From the NCBI GenBank assembly GCA_001816585.1, contig MHCJ01000001.1, positions 21,538 to 85,537 of the forward strand: 64,000 nt of DNA, read 5' to 3'. Position 1 is the stretch's first letter; every line of letters starts with the position of its first letter. Below, in pieces: positions 34,322 to 45,654 of the stretch. A model generated the notes under the pieces. That model was not told the DNA's origin and ran no database searches. It worked only from the letters and a program-made list of their open reading frames with translations. Source of the stretch: Candidatus Chisholmbacteria bacterium RIFCSPHIGHO2_01_FULL_52_32. Its GTDB lineage: Bacteria > Patescibacteriota > Microgenomatia > UBA1400 > Chisholmbacteraceae. Position numbers and translations under genes: made by a program.

Positions 34322-34396
34322 CTTCGGGGAACCTCAAGCCATAGAAGCCAACACTTGCTTGTCTGAAGCTTTGTAATCGGACCAGATCACGGCCGA

Positions 34397-35215
34397 TCAC
34401 CGACGACGGATCTTGGTAAGAAGTTGATCCCAGGGAGAATCCTCAATCTCAGAAGGCCAGTGCACCTTAGCAGTTGAGAAACCTGCAAACGCTGGCACGT
34501 TATCTCCCCGATGAACAATGACAGGAACGTCAACCTCAGCCATGGATATTGGGAGGTGATCAGGATTACAGGCATTGAAATACATCAGCCGGTAACGCGG
34601 CGATCCATCCGAGTTCGCCCGAGAGCTGATCTCCGGTATCAGTCGGTTGATATCAGAGGAAACTCCTTCACCGATGACATGGAGCTCTACTCTTCTAGTC
34701 TGGGGATTCCTGAAGGTTGCGCCATGAGCCAGGATGACTGCGATCAATCCTCCCTCGCGCGCTGTGTTAAGTAGAACCGAGAGAGCATCCCCGCCTTCCG
34801 AATCAACCCGCGCCGCGCTCTGCAGACGGAAGATTTCCTGACGGAGCGACAGTTCCACGATGTACCGGGGGACGGATCCTGTTCGCAGGATATCTGCTTT
34901 CTCCCTCTCGACGGATTCGGCACCTGCAATCTCCCGAGTTTGTCCTCCTCCAACCATCGCCTCAGGTGATGTATAGACGTCAAACACGATCACTGTATCA
35001 AGAAGTGTGGTACGTAGATTTTCTGCCCTGAAAAAGAGTCGGGAAGCGACATCAGCTGAACTGAAATCTGGAAAGGACAATCTGACCGGCTCATGCAAGT
35101 TTTCGACTTCTCTGATTCCCGTGAGGCTGAAATCAGCGAAGGCATCAGTGGGTGGCGCGAGTAAGCGGAGCCGGTCAGCCCTTGTGAATCCACTGGCATC
35201 TGGTCGTTCCCTCAT
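34397..35215 (-). CDS. hypothetical protein with caspase-like His/Cys dyad (possible C14/CHAT-type peptidase fold)
   Basis: Beta-strand-like hydrophobic runs (TVIVFDVYT, RYIVELSL). GGLIAVILAHGATF (His) lies about 50 aa before RLMYFNACNP (Cys). Spacing and context resemble caspase/CHAT catalytic dyads. Inference only. Confidence 0.45.
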   Translation of the reverse strand: MRERPDASGFTRADRLRLLAPPTDAFADFSLTGIREVENLHEPVRLSFPDFSSADVASRLFFRAENLRTTLLDTVIVFDVYTSPEAMVGGGQTREIAGAESVEREKADILRTGSVPRYIVELSLRQEIFRLQSAARVDSEGGDALSVLLNTAREGGLIAVILAHGATFRNPQTRRVELHVIGEGVSSDINRLIPEISSRANSDGSPRYRLMYFNACNPDHLPISMAEVDVPVIVHRGDNVPAFAGFSTAKVHWPSEIEDSPWDQLLTKIRRR

Positions 35216-35327
35216 GAGCGTATTCTATCATTCTTGTCGAGTATTCCATGGCTTTCTTCCATTTCGGGAACGGAAACCAACGTGCTTGCCCGCAGGGACA
35301 TCAAAGCGCTAAGATAGGCTGCAAACC

Positions 35328-36803
35328 ATGGCCAAAGACACAGACCTTCAGGACGCCATCCTTAAGACCCTCTGCTACGCGAATGTCTTCGATTACCCGC
35401 TGACCCTTGAGGAAATCACGCGCTGGATCATCGGACCGGTAGACGAGAGAAGGGTAAACGGAAGAGCAATCAACCATGCCCTAAAAAGAATAAGTCCCAA
35501 AATCAAACAGGCGAAGGGATACTATTATCTGAAAGGAAACGGCCGAACTGTTTCCCTAAGGAAGAAGAGAGAGCGGTATGCGAAGGAAAAGAGGGCAATT
35601 GCGACCAATGTAGGGAAATGGCTAAGCTACATTCCCTCTGTTCGGATGGTTTTGCTGACCGGAGCCTTAGCGATGGAGAATGCGGATAGGAACGACGACA
35701 TCGACCTTATGATCGTAACGAGGAGCAAACGCCTTTGGCTGACACGGCTTTTGGTTCTCGCCCTGGTTTCCCTGATCGCCGAAAGAAGGAAACCGACAAA
35801 CAGAACAAAAACTCAAACACAGGGGTTGAGAATGGAATTGTCATCTCTGAAGGATAAGGTCAAGAACAAAATCTGCCTGAACCTCTTCCTCGACGAAGAT
35901 GCCCTTGCTGTGCCGCCCGCAATGCGCAATCTCTACACGGCCCATGAGGTTGTGCAGGCAAAGGCGTTGGTGAGTAAAGACCACATCGCCGAGCGATTTC
36001 TGAAACAAAACACTTGGGTCAAACGCTATCTTCCGAAGGCGCTTGACGGTGAAGGCAGAGTCGGGAGGATCAAGCACGGGGGAAGGAAAAAAAGGGAAAC
36101 AGCGATGACGGCAGCTGGAGACATCCTCGAAGATATGGCATACAAAGTCCAGACAAAAGTCATGGAATCAAAGAGAACAACTGAAAAGATTGAGCCAAAC
36201 CGCGCCTTCTTCCACCCCCGGAACACCTCTGCCCTAGTCCTTGGGGAATATCGGAGACTGCTGAAGCGATATACCGCAGGGGAAAGAAAAGGGGAAGGGA
36301 ATGTGACAACAACAGTTTCAGAGGAAGAGTTGTCGGTACTTCGCTCAACCAAACTCAAAGGGAAAACCGTAGTCCTTGCAACCGGCGTCTTTGATATCCT
36401 CCATGCGGAACACCGGCAGTTCCTAAGGAAAGCGAAGAAAGAGGGAGATGTCCTCATCGTTGGCGTGGAGCCGGATGATCGTGTCAAGGCGCTCAAAGGA
36501 AAAGACCGGCCGGTGAAACAGGAAAACCTCCGCGCTAATTCGCTTGTTTCCCGAAACCTCGCCGATTACGTATTTGTCCTCCCGAACACGCTGGGGACAA
36601 GGAAGGGAAGGGAAGAGTTAATAAGGAGGCTGAAACCACAGATCTACGCCATCAGTTCCAGCACGCCGTTTCAAGCCGAAAAACAACGGGTGATGAAAAA
36701 ATTCAAGGGTGTGCTGAAGGTTGTTCATCCCTTCAATCCGAAGATTTCAACGACGCACCTCATTGAAGCCGCAACCAAAGGCGGGAAGAGATCCAAGCGG
36801 TAA
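35328..36803 (+). CDS. fusion protein: nucleotidyltransferase-like domain + cytidylyltransferase-family (HxGH) adenylyl/cytidylyltransferase domain
   Basis: LLTGALAMENADRNDDIDLMIV has a Pol-beta-type NTase G[SA]...D.D signature. C-terminus GKTVVLATGVFDILHAEHRQFLRKAKKEGDVLIVGV matches the TGxFDxxHxGH cytidylyltransferase/RfaE-II pattern. Confidence 0.55.
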   Translation: MAKDTDLQDAILKTLCYANVFDYPLTLEEITRWIIGPVDERRVNGRAINHALKRISPKIKQAKGYYYLKGNGRTVSLRKKRERYAKEKRAIATNVGKWLSYIPSVRMVLLTGALAMENADRNDDIDLMIVTRSKRLWLTRLLVLALVSLIAERRKPTNRTKTQTQGLRMELSSLKDKVKNKICLNLFLDEDALAVPPAMRNLYTAHEVVQAKALVSKDHIAERFLKQNTWVKRYLPKALDGEGRVGRIKHGGRKKRETAMTAAGDILEDMAYKVQTKVMESKRTTEKIEPNRAFFHPRNTSALVLGEYRRLLKRYTAGERKGEGNVTTTVSEEELSVLRSTKLKGKTVVLATGVFDILHAEHRQFLRKAKKEGDVLIVGVEPDDRVKALKGKDRPVKQENLRANSLVSRNLADYVFVLPNTLGTRKGREELIRRLKPQIYAISSSTPFQAEKQRVMKKFKGVLKVVHPFNPKISTTHLIEAATKGGKRSKR

Positions 36804-36873
36804 AACCACCGTGAATCCGGGATGCAAAACCAGGATTCGCGTCGGACTCGATAAGGATATAATGGGGTAAGGT

Positions 36874-37638
36874 ATGGGGCTGTTTACCCTACTAATCTAT
36901 CAGCCATTCCTCAATCTTCTTGTAGCCATTTACCTGGGGCTAAATTCGGTAACCGGTGGCAAGGCCGACATGGGGATAGCGGTGATTATCTTCACGGTTG
37001 CTCTTCGGATCATTCTCCTTCCGCTCTCCTTTGCCTCCGACCGGACGGAAGCCGAACGCCGGGAGATTGAGGAGAAAATAAAGGAAATAAAGAAAGTCTT
37101 TAGCACCGATCCGATACGCCAAAAGCAGGAAATCCGAAACCTCTTCAGGGGAAACCGAAGAGTCTTGTTCTCTGAAGGATTGAATCTTTCAATTCAAATT
37201 GCGGTTGCCCTCATGCTCTACAGAATCTTTGCCAAAGGTTTGGAAGGAGCCGACCTTCATCTCATCTATAGTTTCCTGCCAACAATCCGAGAGCCCTTTA
37301 ATCTGACATTTCTCGGGAAATACGATCTAGCCCATCCGAACCTATTCTTAAACTTCATCCAGTCTCTGGCTATTTTTTCGGTTGAATCGCTTTCGATGTT
37401 TACCTCACCTTTCCCGGTGACGAGGAAAGACATCATCCGTCTCCAGGTTTTCCTTCCGATTGTCTCATTCATGATTTTTGCCTACCTTCCCGCCGGAAAA
37501 AAGCTGTTTGTGATCACCACCCTCTGTTTCTCCATTGTCCTTATGCTGGCTCGTTCGGCCGTTCGCTTCGCCAAACGGATCGGTGGGCAACCTGGCCAGA
37601 AAGAAACACCAGCGACCCAAATGAGTGCCGGAAACTGA
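36874..37638 (+). CDS. YidC/Oxa1-family membrane insertase, second paralogue
   Basis: LIYQPFLNLLVAIY...IAVIIFTVALRIILLPLS parallels the N-terminus of the yidC at 19914. Five TM helices. Confidence 0.6.
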   Translation: MGLFTLLIYQPFLNLLVAIYLGLNSVTGGKADMGIAVIIFTVALRIILLPLSFASDRTEAERREIEEKIKEIKKVFSTDPIRQKQEIRNLFRGNRRVLFSEGLNLSIQIAVALMLYRIFAKGLEGADLHLIYSFLPTIREPFNLTFLGKYDLAHPNLFLNFIQSLAIFSVESLSMFTSPFPVTRKDIIRLQVFLPIVSFMIFAYLPAGKKLFVITTLCFSIVLMLARSAVRFAKRIGGQPGQKETPATQMSAGN

Positions 37639-37711
37639 AACAAACAGAAAAAGGGAGTAGAATAGAAATTCAGAGTATTACTACTTGTAACTTGTATTTT
37701 GTAACTTAGGT

Positions 37712-38320
37712 ATGGAATTTGATCGGCTCGTTGTCTCATTCCTCGTCGACGAGGTGGTCGGTGGATTTTTCATCTCCGTTCCTCCCGGACACATCGCCTG
37801 TCTCTACGATCGCGGAAGGGGAGTCCTTAAAAAGGTATGGGGGCCAGGTCTACACCTAAAAATCCCCTTTTGGCAAATCGCAAAGCTTTTCAACGCCCAA
37901 ATTCTGGAATACACGATAAAGGAGGACTTTGACCTCAACAATAAGGAGGGATTGGGGGATGAGCCGATCCGGACAACGACCAAGGATGGCTACTACATTC
38001 AAGTCGAAGGATCAATTTTGTTCAAACTCGACAAGAGTAAAGCTCCCGAACTTTGGGAAAGCATCGGCGAGAACTTCGTTTCCAAAGTAGTTCGCCCCAT
38101 TAGCCGTTCCCGAATCGCAGCGGTCTTTGCTAGCCTGTCCCTTGACCAGATAAAATCCTCAAGAACGCAGATCGAGAATATCCTGACCCAGGAGCTCAGT
38201 AAACACTTCAACCAGAAAGGCCTCATTTGTGAAGGCGCCCCGCTGTCTGAAGTAAAACTCCTGCACCAAGAGAAACCGAGTCAGAGCGGAGAAAACATTT
38301 TCGCCCAGGCAGGAAACTAG
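37712..38320 (+). CDS. SPFH/band-7 (HflC/K-like) domain protein
   Basis: N-terminal TM. PGHIACLYDRGRGVLKKVWGPGLHLKIPFWQ...IRTTTKDGYYIQVEGSILFKL matches SPFH. Confidence 0.6.
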   Translation: MEFDRLVVSFLVDEVVGGFFISVPPGHIACLYDRGRGVLKKVWGPGLHLKIPFWQIAKLFNAQILEYTIKEDFDLNNKEGLGDEPIRTTTKDGYYIQVEGSILFKLDKSKAPELWESIGENFVSKVVRPISRSRIAAVFASLSLDQIKSSRTQIENILTQELSKHFNQKGLICEGAPLSEVKLLHQEKPSQSGENIFAQAGN

Positions 38321-38795
38321 ACAGAATTATCTCCCAGAACCCCCGATCTCAAGTAGAACCGGACCCTTGGAAAAGGGGAGACATGATAGCGGAACAACAT
38401 CAGAAAGGACAGGTTGAATCGCCCGCTCAATATCCAGGTTATACCGGATAGAATAACTAATATATTAGAGATTTAAAGGTCGGGGAAGTGGTCGACAAGC
38501 AAAAAAGAATAAAACACAAAAAATCGACGTACTCTGGATTTCCGCTTGGATGAAATCACAAAAATACACAAAAAAGAACCAAGTTTTGACAAGCCTAAAA
38601 AAGACGGAAAAAGGCAACTTGGAATGAAAATCGTTCAGGGCGAAGGAAAACCAAATACAGACGAACAAAATGCGAAAAGAAAACATCTCTGGAGCTCTGG
38701 GGAGTAAAACAAACCCACAAGCCCCACTTCCCGACCAAAACAAGAAAGAATACCCGAAAGCTTCGCCTGGATGACCACAGAAACACAACCCAGGC

Positions 38796-38825
38796 TTGAC
38801 AAGGACTTGACAGGCTCTGTAAAAT
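38796..38825 (+). promoter_or_regulatory. sigma70-like promoter TTGACA-N18-TAAAAT upstream of groES
   Basis: TTGACA at 38796-38801; TAAAAT at 38820-38825. Read directly. Confidence 0.5.
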
Positions 38826-38850
38826 AGCACTCGTTATCAATTACTGATAA
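38824..38850 (+). promoter_or_regulatory. degenerate CIRCE-like element / inverted repeat (ATAGCACTC-N9-TACTGATAA; inner TTATCA-N5-TGATAA)
   Basis: Left half matches the CIRCE TTAGCACTC at 8/9; right half matches at 6/9. Lies immediately after the -10 of the groES promoter. Confidence 0.35.
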
Positions 38851-38893
38851 TCCGCGACGAAGTTAATAAGAGCATCGAAAGAGGAGGAAACCC

Positions 38894-39208
38894 ATGAACA
38901 AATCCCCAAAAACAGCCGTATCAAAACTTCAGCCGGCCCCCGGATATGTATTGGTCGAGCCCATGGAGGCGGAGACCAAAACGAAGACTGGTATCTATCT
39001 TCCCGATTCTCACGATGAAAAACCCCAAGAAGGAAAAGTCCTTTCCGTCGGTGCCACTTGGATTACCGAGCAAGGCGCCAAGATAGATGCCCCCTGCAGG
39101 AAAGGTCAAACCGTCATGTACAAAAAGTGGGGCGGAAATGAAGTCAAAATCGAAAACGTCGAGTACCAGTTCTTAAAATTCGAAGACATCTTAGCAGTAG
39201 TCAATTAA
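38894..39208 (+). CDS. groES: co-chaperonin GroES
   Basis: Strong SD (GAGGAGG) precedes. Sequence PAPGYVLVEP...KTGIYLPDS. Confidence 0.9.
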   Translation: MNKSPKTAVSKLQPAPGYVLVEPMEAETKTKTGIYLPDSHDEKPQEGKVLSVGATWITEQGAKIDAPCRKGQTVMYKKWGGNEVKIENVEYQFLKFEDILAVVN

Positions 39209-39277
39209 AGGAGGAAAAAGGCAGGAATTAAAGAAAAAAACCGACTTTTCATTTATTCTTTATTCCTTAACACTTAA

Positions 39278-40921
<1,644 letters not shown>

Positions 40922-41057
40922 GGAGCCCCGCTCTGCGGGGCGACGCAACCCCTCACATGAGCCCGAATTTCGAAACGGCTGAATAAGCAGTCTGCGAAAA
41001 TTCGAGCGAACTGTGTGGGGTAAAGCCCAAGAAGCAATTCAAGTCATCAAACAGAAG

Positions 41058-41081
41058 GAGCCGCTCCCGCGGCTCTTTTTT
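41058..41081 (+). terminator. rho-independent terminator GAGCCGC-TCCC-GCGGCTC + T6 after groEL
   Basis: 7-bp GC stem followed directly by TTTTTT. Confidence 0.7.
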
Positions 41082-41178
41082 ATAAACCAATCGAACCGCT
41101 CCTCTCTCCGAAATGAGAAAGGAATAACCAATAGAAGCGCTTATTGACATGATTAGTAGTGTATAGTCAAGTGTAATC

Positions 41179-41361
41179 ATGGTTAACCCAAGAACAAAAA
41201 CTCGAAGAATTGAGCTCATATTTACCGACCTCGACGCGGATCTTGCTGATGCACAAAATGAAGATCAAAAGTCGCTGAGGCAAGTACAAAAAGAGCTTCA
41301 AAAAGCAAGGACGAGCCTATGGCAGCTCGCTGCACAGCAGCACGCTTACTACAGTATCTAA
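41179..41361 (+). CDS. small hypothetical protein (60 aa, predicted helical)
   Basis: Isolated ORF in a 340-nt gap. TTGACA lies upstream at 41143. Weak support. Confidence 0.3.
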   Translation: MVNPRTKTRRIELIFTDLDADLADAQNEDQKSLRQVQKELQKARTSLWQLAAQQHAYYSI

Positions 41362-41420
41362 GAAGCCTTCAATAACCCCCTCTTCCCCTATCTAGAAGAG
41401 TACAGTGCTACAATCGAACC

Positions 41421-42143
41421 ATGAAAGTAAAGGAATGCACCTTCAGCTCAGGAGGCGAACGCATTGACGGAACCATCTATTTCCCGGAAGGAAAAGGAAA
41501 ATTTCCAGGGGTGGTGATCTACCACGGGCTAGGAAGCAGAAAAGATCGTTATACTGATCGGGCGCAAGTTCTTGCGAAAAATGGAATTGTCACCCTCAAC
41601 TTCAGCTTCCGTGGCTGCGGCAAGAGCGGAGGTGATTTTAAAGTTCAAACAGTAAGAAACGGTATGCAGGACGCGCTCTCGGGATTTGACCATCTCACGA
41701 GTTACACTGAGATCGATAAGGAGAAAATCGGCGTCTATGGCGGCAGCTCCGGAGGATATCTGGCAGCGCTTATCACAGAAAAGCGTCCGGTGAAATCGCT
41801 AATCCTCTCCGCCCCGGCCATCTATAAAGATGAATGGTGGGACCGGAGCGCGGAAAGTATCGCCTACGAGACTTCGGAATACAGGCACAGTGGAGAAAAT
41901 TTCAATACAAAAGCAATAACAGCGATAAAAAACTACCCAGGAAGTCTACTTGTCATAAAGCACGAAAAAGATGAAGTGATCCCGGAGAGAGTAACTAACG
42001 CATATTTTAATCAGGCAACGAGTGTTCAAAAGAAAAAAATGCACGTGATCAAAAACGCCAAACACTCCCTCCATGATCAAAAATTTAGGAACGAATCAAA
42101 TAAAATAACCGCAGAATGGTTTAAAGAAACTTTAGTATCATGA
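41421..42143 (+). CDS. alpha/beta hydrolase (dienelactone-hydrolase/S9-like)
   Basis: Nucleophile elbow GGSSGG. YHGLGSRKD and Asp/His positions appear near the C-terminus. Confidence 0.65.
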   Translation: MKVKECTFSSGGERIDGTIYFPEGKGKFPGVVIYHGLGSRKDRYTDRAQVLAKNGIVTLNFSFRGCGKSGGDFKVQTVRNGMQDALSGFDHLTSYTEIDKEKIGVYGGSSGGYLAALITEKRPVKSLILSAPAIYKDEWWDRSAESIAYETSEYRHSGENFNTKAITAIKNYPGSLLVIKHEKDEVIPERVTNAYFNQATSVQKKKMHVIKNAKHSLHDQKFRNESNKITAEWFKETLVS

Positions 42144-42616
42144 AGCCAACGAAGACCGACTCCGACTTTATCAAACTAGCTATTAAACAAGCACAGGAAT
42201 CTGTTGATCGAGGTGGATTCCCTGCTGGTGCGGTTGTCGTCAAAGACGGAAAAGTGATTGCAAAAGGATTGAGTCTGGGCTTTCAGCTCAATGATCCCAC
42301 CGGTCACGCCGAAACGGATGCCATCCGAAAATCCTGTAAAAGATTAAAAACGAATAATCTCAGTGGTGCGGTGATATATGCCTCGCTTCAACCATGTCTG
42401 ATGTGCTTTTCGGTTACCAACTGGGCGGGTATTTCCAAAATTGTCTACGGGTGCAAGAAAATCAAGGAAATGGTTACAAAACACTATTATGAGGGCGCAA
42501 CGGACATCATCAAAGTGAACCAAAACAATACGAGAAAAATTGAATTGAATTACGTTCCCGATTTTGAAAAAGAATCTTTGGAAGTAGTAAGAATGTGGGA
42601 AGATCAAAGGAAATGA
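42140..42616 (+). CDS. nucleoside/tRNA deaminase, cytidine/deoxycytidylate deaminase family
   Basis: Zinc motifs HAETDAI and PCLMC. ATGA start/stop overlap with the upstream gene. Confidence 0.7.
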   Translation: MKPTKTDSDFIKLAIKQAQESVDRGGFPAGAVVVKDGKVIAKGLSLGFQLNDPTGHAETDAIRKSCKRLKTNNLSGAVIYASLQPCLMCFSVTNWAGISKIVYGCKKIKEMVTKHYYEGATDIIKVNQNNTRKIELNYVPDFEKESLEVVRMWEDQRK

Positions 42617-42691
42617 AAAACGCCCTCATGTAAACTCTCCCCTCCCCCGAGTGATTCAAAACACTCTCGCATGTTATAATGATATGTAATC

Positions 42692-42994
42692 ATGCGCAGG
42701 CTCTTATCCCTAAAAGACGTAATCTTCATCATCTCCCTCTCCATCATCTTATCTCAAATTTCCTGGTGGGTATTGTTTACCACCAAGAAAGCTCATACCC
42801 TGTTGAATCCCGCAATCGCCCAGTCTCTGGAAAGCGCCCAAACCGTCACCATCGCTTCCCTCCCCTCAAATCTCATCCTTCCCCTGATTGCCTATTTTCC
42901 CTTCTGGTCGATGGCATTCACCTTCCTCCGCATCTTCATCAATCTCGAAAAACGCCGCTCCATGGGGTCTCCTATCCAACAGCAGACACTTTAA
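42692..42994 (+). CDS. small hypothetical membrane protein
   Basis: Two or three hydrophobic helices. TTATAAT -10 at 42674-42680. Confidence 0.4.
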   Translation: MRRLLSLKDVIFIISLSIILSQISWWVLFTTKKAHTLLNPAIAQSLESAQTVTIASLPSNLILPLIAYFPFWSMAFTFLRIFINLEKRRSMGSPIQQQTL

Positions 42995-43018
42995 AAAAAC
43001 AATAGTTGAGGTGATAGA

Positions 43019-43750
43019 ATGATGGAACCAATGGAGAAACCAAAGTACGAGAGAATCTTGGTGAAACTGGGAGGCGAAGCCCTGTTGGGAGATCGGCACT
43101 ACGGGATTGATATTGAAGCCACCAAAGAGGTTGCAAACCAGATAAAACAGGTCCATGAGCTGGGCGTTCAGATTGCCCTCACCATCGGCGCGGGAAACAT
43201 CTTCCGCGGTCTTTCTGGAGAAAAGCGAGGCCTCGATAGGGCAACCGCAGATTACATGGGGATGGTGGCAACCGTCATTAATGCCCTTGCGCTCCAAGAT
43301 GCACTGGAAAAGATAGGGGTTGACACCAGGGTTCAGACGGCAATCGAAATGAAGTCCGTCGCCGAGCCATACATCCGCAGACGGGCAATTCGACACATGG
43401 AAAAAGGCAGGGTGGTGATCCTTGCCGCGGGGGTTGGAAGCCCGTACTTTACGACCGACAGTGGAGCGGCCTTACGAGCCTTAGAGCTGAAATGTGAAAT
43501 ACTCTTGAAGGCAACCAAAGTGGATGGGGTCTACGACAAAGATCCGCTGAAGTACAAGGATGCCAAGCGGTTCAAAACCTTAAAGTACATCGATGCGATC
43601 AAGGAAGAAGGAATCCAAATTATGGATACGGCTGCCCTCTCTCTCTGCATGGAAAACAAACTTCCCATCGTGGTATTTAACCTCCGAAGGACCGAAAACC
43701 TCAAGAAAGTGGTTTTGGGAGAGGACATCGGTACCCGAGTCGAAACCTAA
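43019..43750 (+). CDS. pyrH: UMP kinase
   Basis: ILVKLGGEAL...TIGAGNIFRG motifs. Confidence 0.85.
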   Translation: MMEPMEKPKYERILVKLGGEALLGDRHYGIDIEATKEVANQIKQVHELGVQIALTIGAGNIFRGLSGEKRGLDRATADYMGMVATVINALALQDALEKIGVDTRVQTAIEMKSVAEPYIRRRAIRHMEKGRVVILAAGVGSPYFTTDSGAALRALELKCEILLKATKVDGVYDKDPLKYKDAKRFKTLKYIDAIKEEGIQIMDTAALSLCMENKLPIVVFNLRRTENLKKVVLGEDIGTRVET

Positions 43751-44442
43751 TAGCCCAGCAGTGGCTGGGGATCAGTGACTTTTCCTTCTTTGTAGATCTC
43801 AAGGTGGAGATGGGGACCAGTACTTGTTCCCGTTATACCAACTTCGGCAATCACGGTTTCTTGGTCAACGGAGTCTCCCTCCTCGACAAAAACACGCTTG
43901 ACATGGGCATAGAGGGACGAGTAACCGTCAGCATGCCCAACAACTAAAGCGGTGCCGTACCCAAAACGGCTCTGGAAAACCCCTGTAACCACCCCAGCAG
44001 TAATCGGTCGGATGGAGGATCCAAGCGGCGAACGCATATCAACGCCAGGGTGGAATTGGCGGAATCCTTGAGAAACATCGAGGGTCGCAAGCGGCAGTTG
44101 GAATCGACGACTTGTGGCGGTGACCACAGGCTGGGAGAAAACCAAGGTCGGCTCCGGTAAGGAGGAGGAAGAGGCGAAGGGAGAAGAAGCGGAAACCGGC
44201 CCGCCAAAAAAACCCGCCAGCAGCACGCAAGCAACCAAATTGAGCCCGAACACTCCCCGGAGGCGATGGTGTTCGAACCAAGGCCGCAAGAACTTTGAAA
44301 TGGGATGGCTTTTCCGGGTTTTAGGCAGTACTACCACTTGAGACATGCGGTGATAAAGAACGAACAAGCCCTCCCCTATCCGTTGTTTGAAGGTCCGCCC
44401 AGTAGACAGAAAACCCGAAACAAGATGCTGGAAAGATTGCAT
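43747..44442 (-). CDS. M23-family peptidase (membrane anchored)
   Basis: HPGVDM...GHADGYSSLYAHV...GITGTSTGPHLHLEI motifs. Confidence 0.8.
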   Translation of the reverse strand: MQSFQHLVSGFLSTGRTFKQRIGEGLFVLYHRMSQVVVLPKTRKSHPISKFLRPWFEHHRLRGVFGLNLVACVLLAGFFGGPVSASSPFASSSSLPEPTLVFSQPVVTATSRRFQLPLATLDVSQGFRQFHPGVDMRSPLGSSIRPITAGVVTGVFQSRFGYGTALVVGHADGYSSLYAHVKRVFVEEGDSVDQETVIAEVGITGTSTGPHLHLEIYKEGKVTDPQPLLGY

Positions 44443-44652
44443 AACGCGGCTTTATTCAGGCCGCAAAGTGTAACCTGGCGAGCCACGTTCGACGTCGCCG
44501 CTTAAAAGAGGAAAACCTACCCTTTGGGTAGGCAATAAAAAACCACCATCTGGTGGAATGTCGCAATTGTAACAAAAAAAAAGACAAAGTCAAGCAAAGG
44601 GCAAAACAAGGAAGCCAGCGACAAAGTAAACCTATGGTACACTGATGAAGAT

Positions 44653-45654
44653 ATGCGAACGCTCAAGGACCTCAAGGTTGAAGGGAAAACGGTATTGCTC
44701 CGGACCGATTACGATGTGCCGCTGAAACAGGGAAAGGTTCAAGACGATACGCGCATTCGGGCTTCCCTTCCCACCATCACCTTCCTGCTCGACCGAGGCG
44801 TGAAAGCAATCAGCATCCTTTGCCACCTCGATCGTCCGGGAGGAAGGGTAGTCGAAGCTCTCAAGGTGGAACCTGTCCTGTCCCGTTTACGGTCGCTCCT
44901 TCCCCAGGGAGCATTGGTAGAAGTCAGAGAAAACCTTCGTTTTCATCCTGGCGAAGAGGCAAACAGCCTGGATTTTGCCAAACAACTCGCAGGTTACGGA
45001 GAGCTGTTCGTAAACGACGCCTTTGCCGCTTCCCACCGGTCTCATGCCTCAATTGTGAGCCTCCCGAAACTACTGCCTTGTTCAATCGGCCTCCAATTTG
45101 AGAAGGAGCTTCTTACCTTATCCAAAGTGCGCGAGCATCCGAGAAGGCCTCTTGTAGCAGTCATTGGTGGAGCAAAGCTTGAGACGAAGCTGCCGCTCAT
45201 TGAGAAGCTCGCCGAAATTGCGGATGAGGTGTTGGTAGGAGGAAAACTTGCCCAAGAGATCGGCAACGCCTGTTCCCCGAAGGCAATGGCTTGTATCTCG
45301 GTTGCGAAGCTGACCAAAGACGGGAAAGATATTACCAAAGAGTCTGCTTTCTCCTTTGCCCAAAAAATCGAAACAGCAGGAACGGTTTTTTGGAATGGCC
45401 CAATGGGAGTCTTTGAAGAACCGGCCCATGACCTTGGTACCAAGATCATTGCCCAAGCAATAAACGCCGCCCCCGGCTTTACAGTCATCGGCGGTGGCGA
45501 TACCGAAGCCGCAGCCACGAAGTTCAAAGCGGAAGAAGGGGTGGATCACATTTCTTTGGGCGGCGGCGCAATGTTACAATATGTAGCTAACGGGACACTG
45601 GTCGGTCTAACAGCGATCGAAGAAAGAGGTGAGGATGGTCAAAGCGGCAATTAA
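44653..45654 (+). CDS. pgk: phosphoglycerate kinase (compact, 333 aa)
   Basis: LLRTDYDVP...DDTRI and AFAASHRSHAS motifs; C-terminal GGGD. Confidence 0.8.
   Translation: MRTLKDLKVEGKTVLLRTDYDVPLKQGKVQDDTRIRASLPTITFLLDRGVKAISILCHLDRPGGRVVEALKVEPVLSRLRSLLPQGALVEVRENLRFHPGEEANSLDFAKQLAGYGELFVNDAFAASHRSHASIVSLPKLLPCSIGLQFEKELLTLSKVREHPRRPLVAVIGGAKLETKLPLIEKLAEIADEVLVGGKLAQEIGNACSPKAMACISVAKLTKDGKDITKESAFSFAQKIETAGTVFWNGPMGVFEEPAHDLGTKIIAQAINAAPGFTVIGGGDTEAAATKFKAEEGVDHISLGGGAMLQYVANGTLVGLTAIEERGEDGQSGN

Noticed and set aside
45042-45549. Minus-strand ORFs inside pgk
   Set aside because: Antisense to a conserved glycolytic gene; no motif support.
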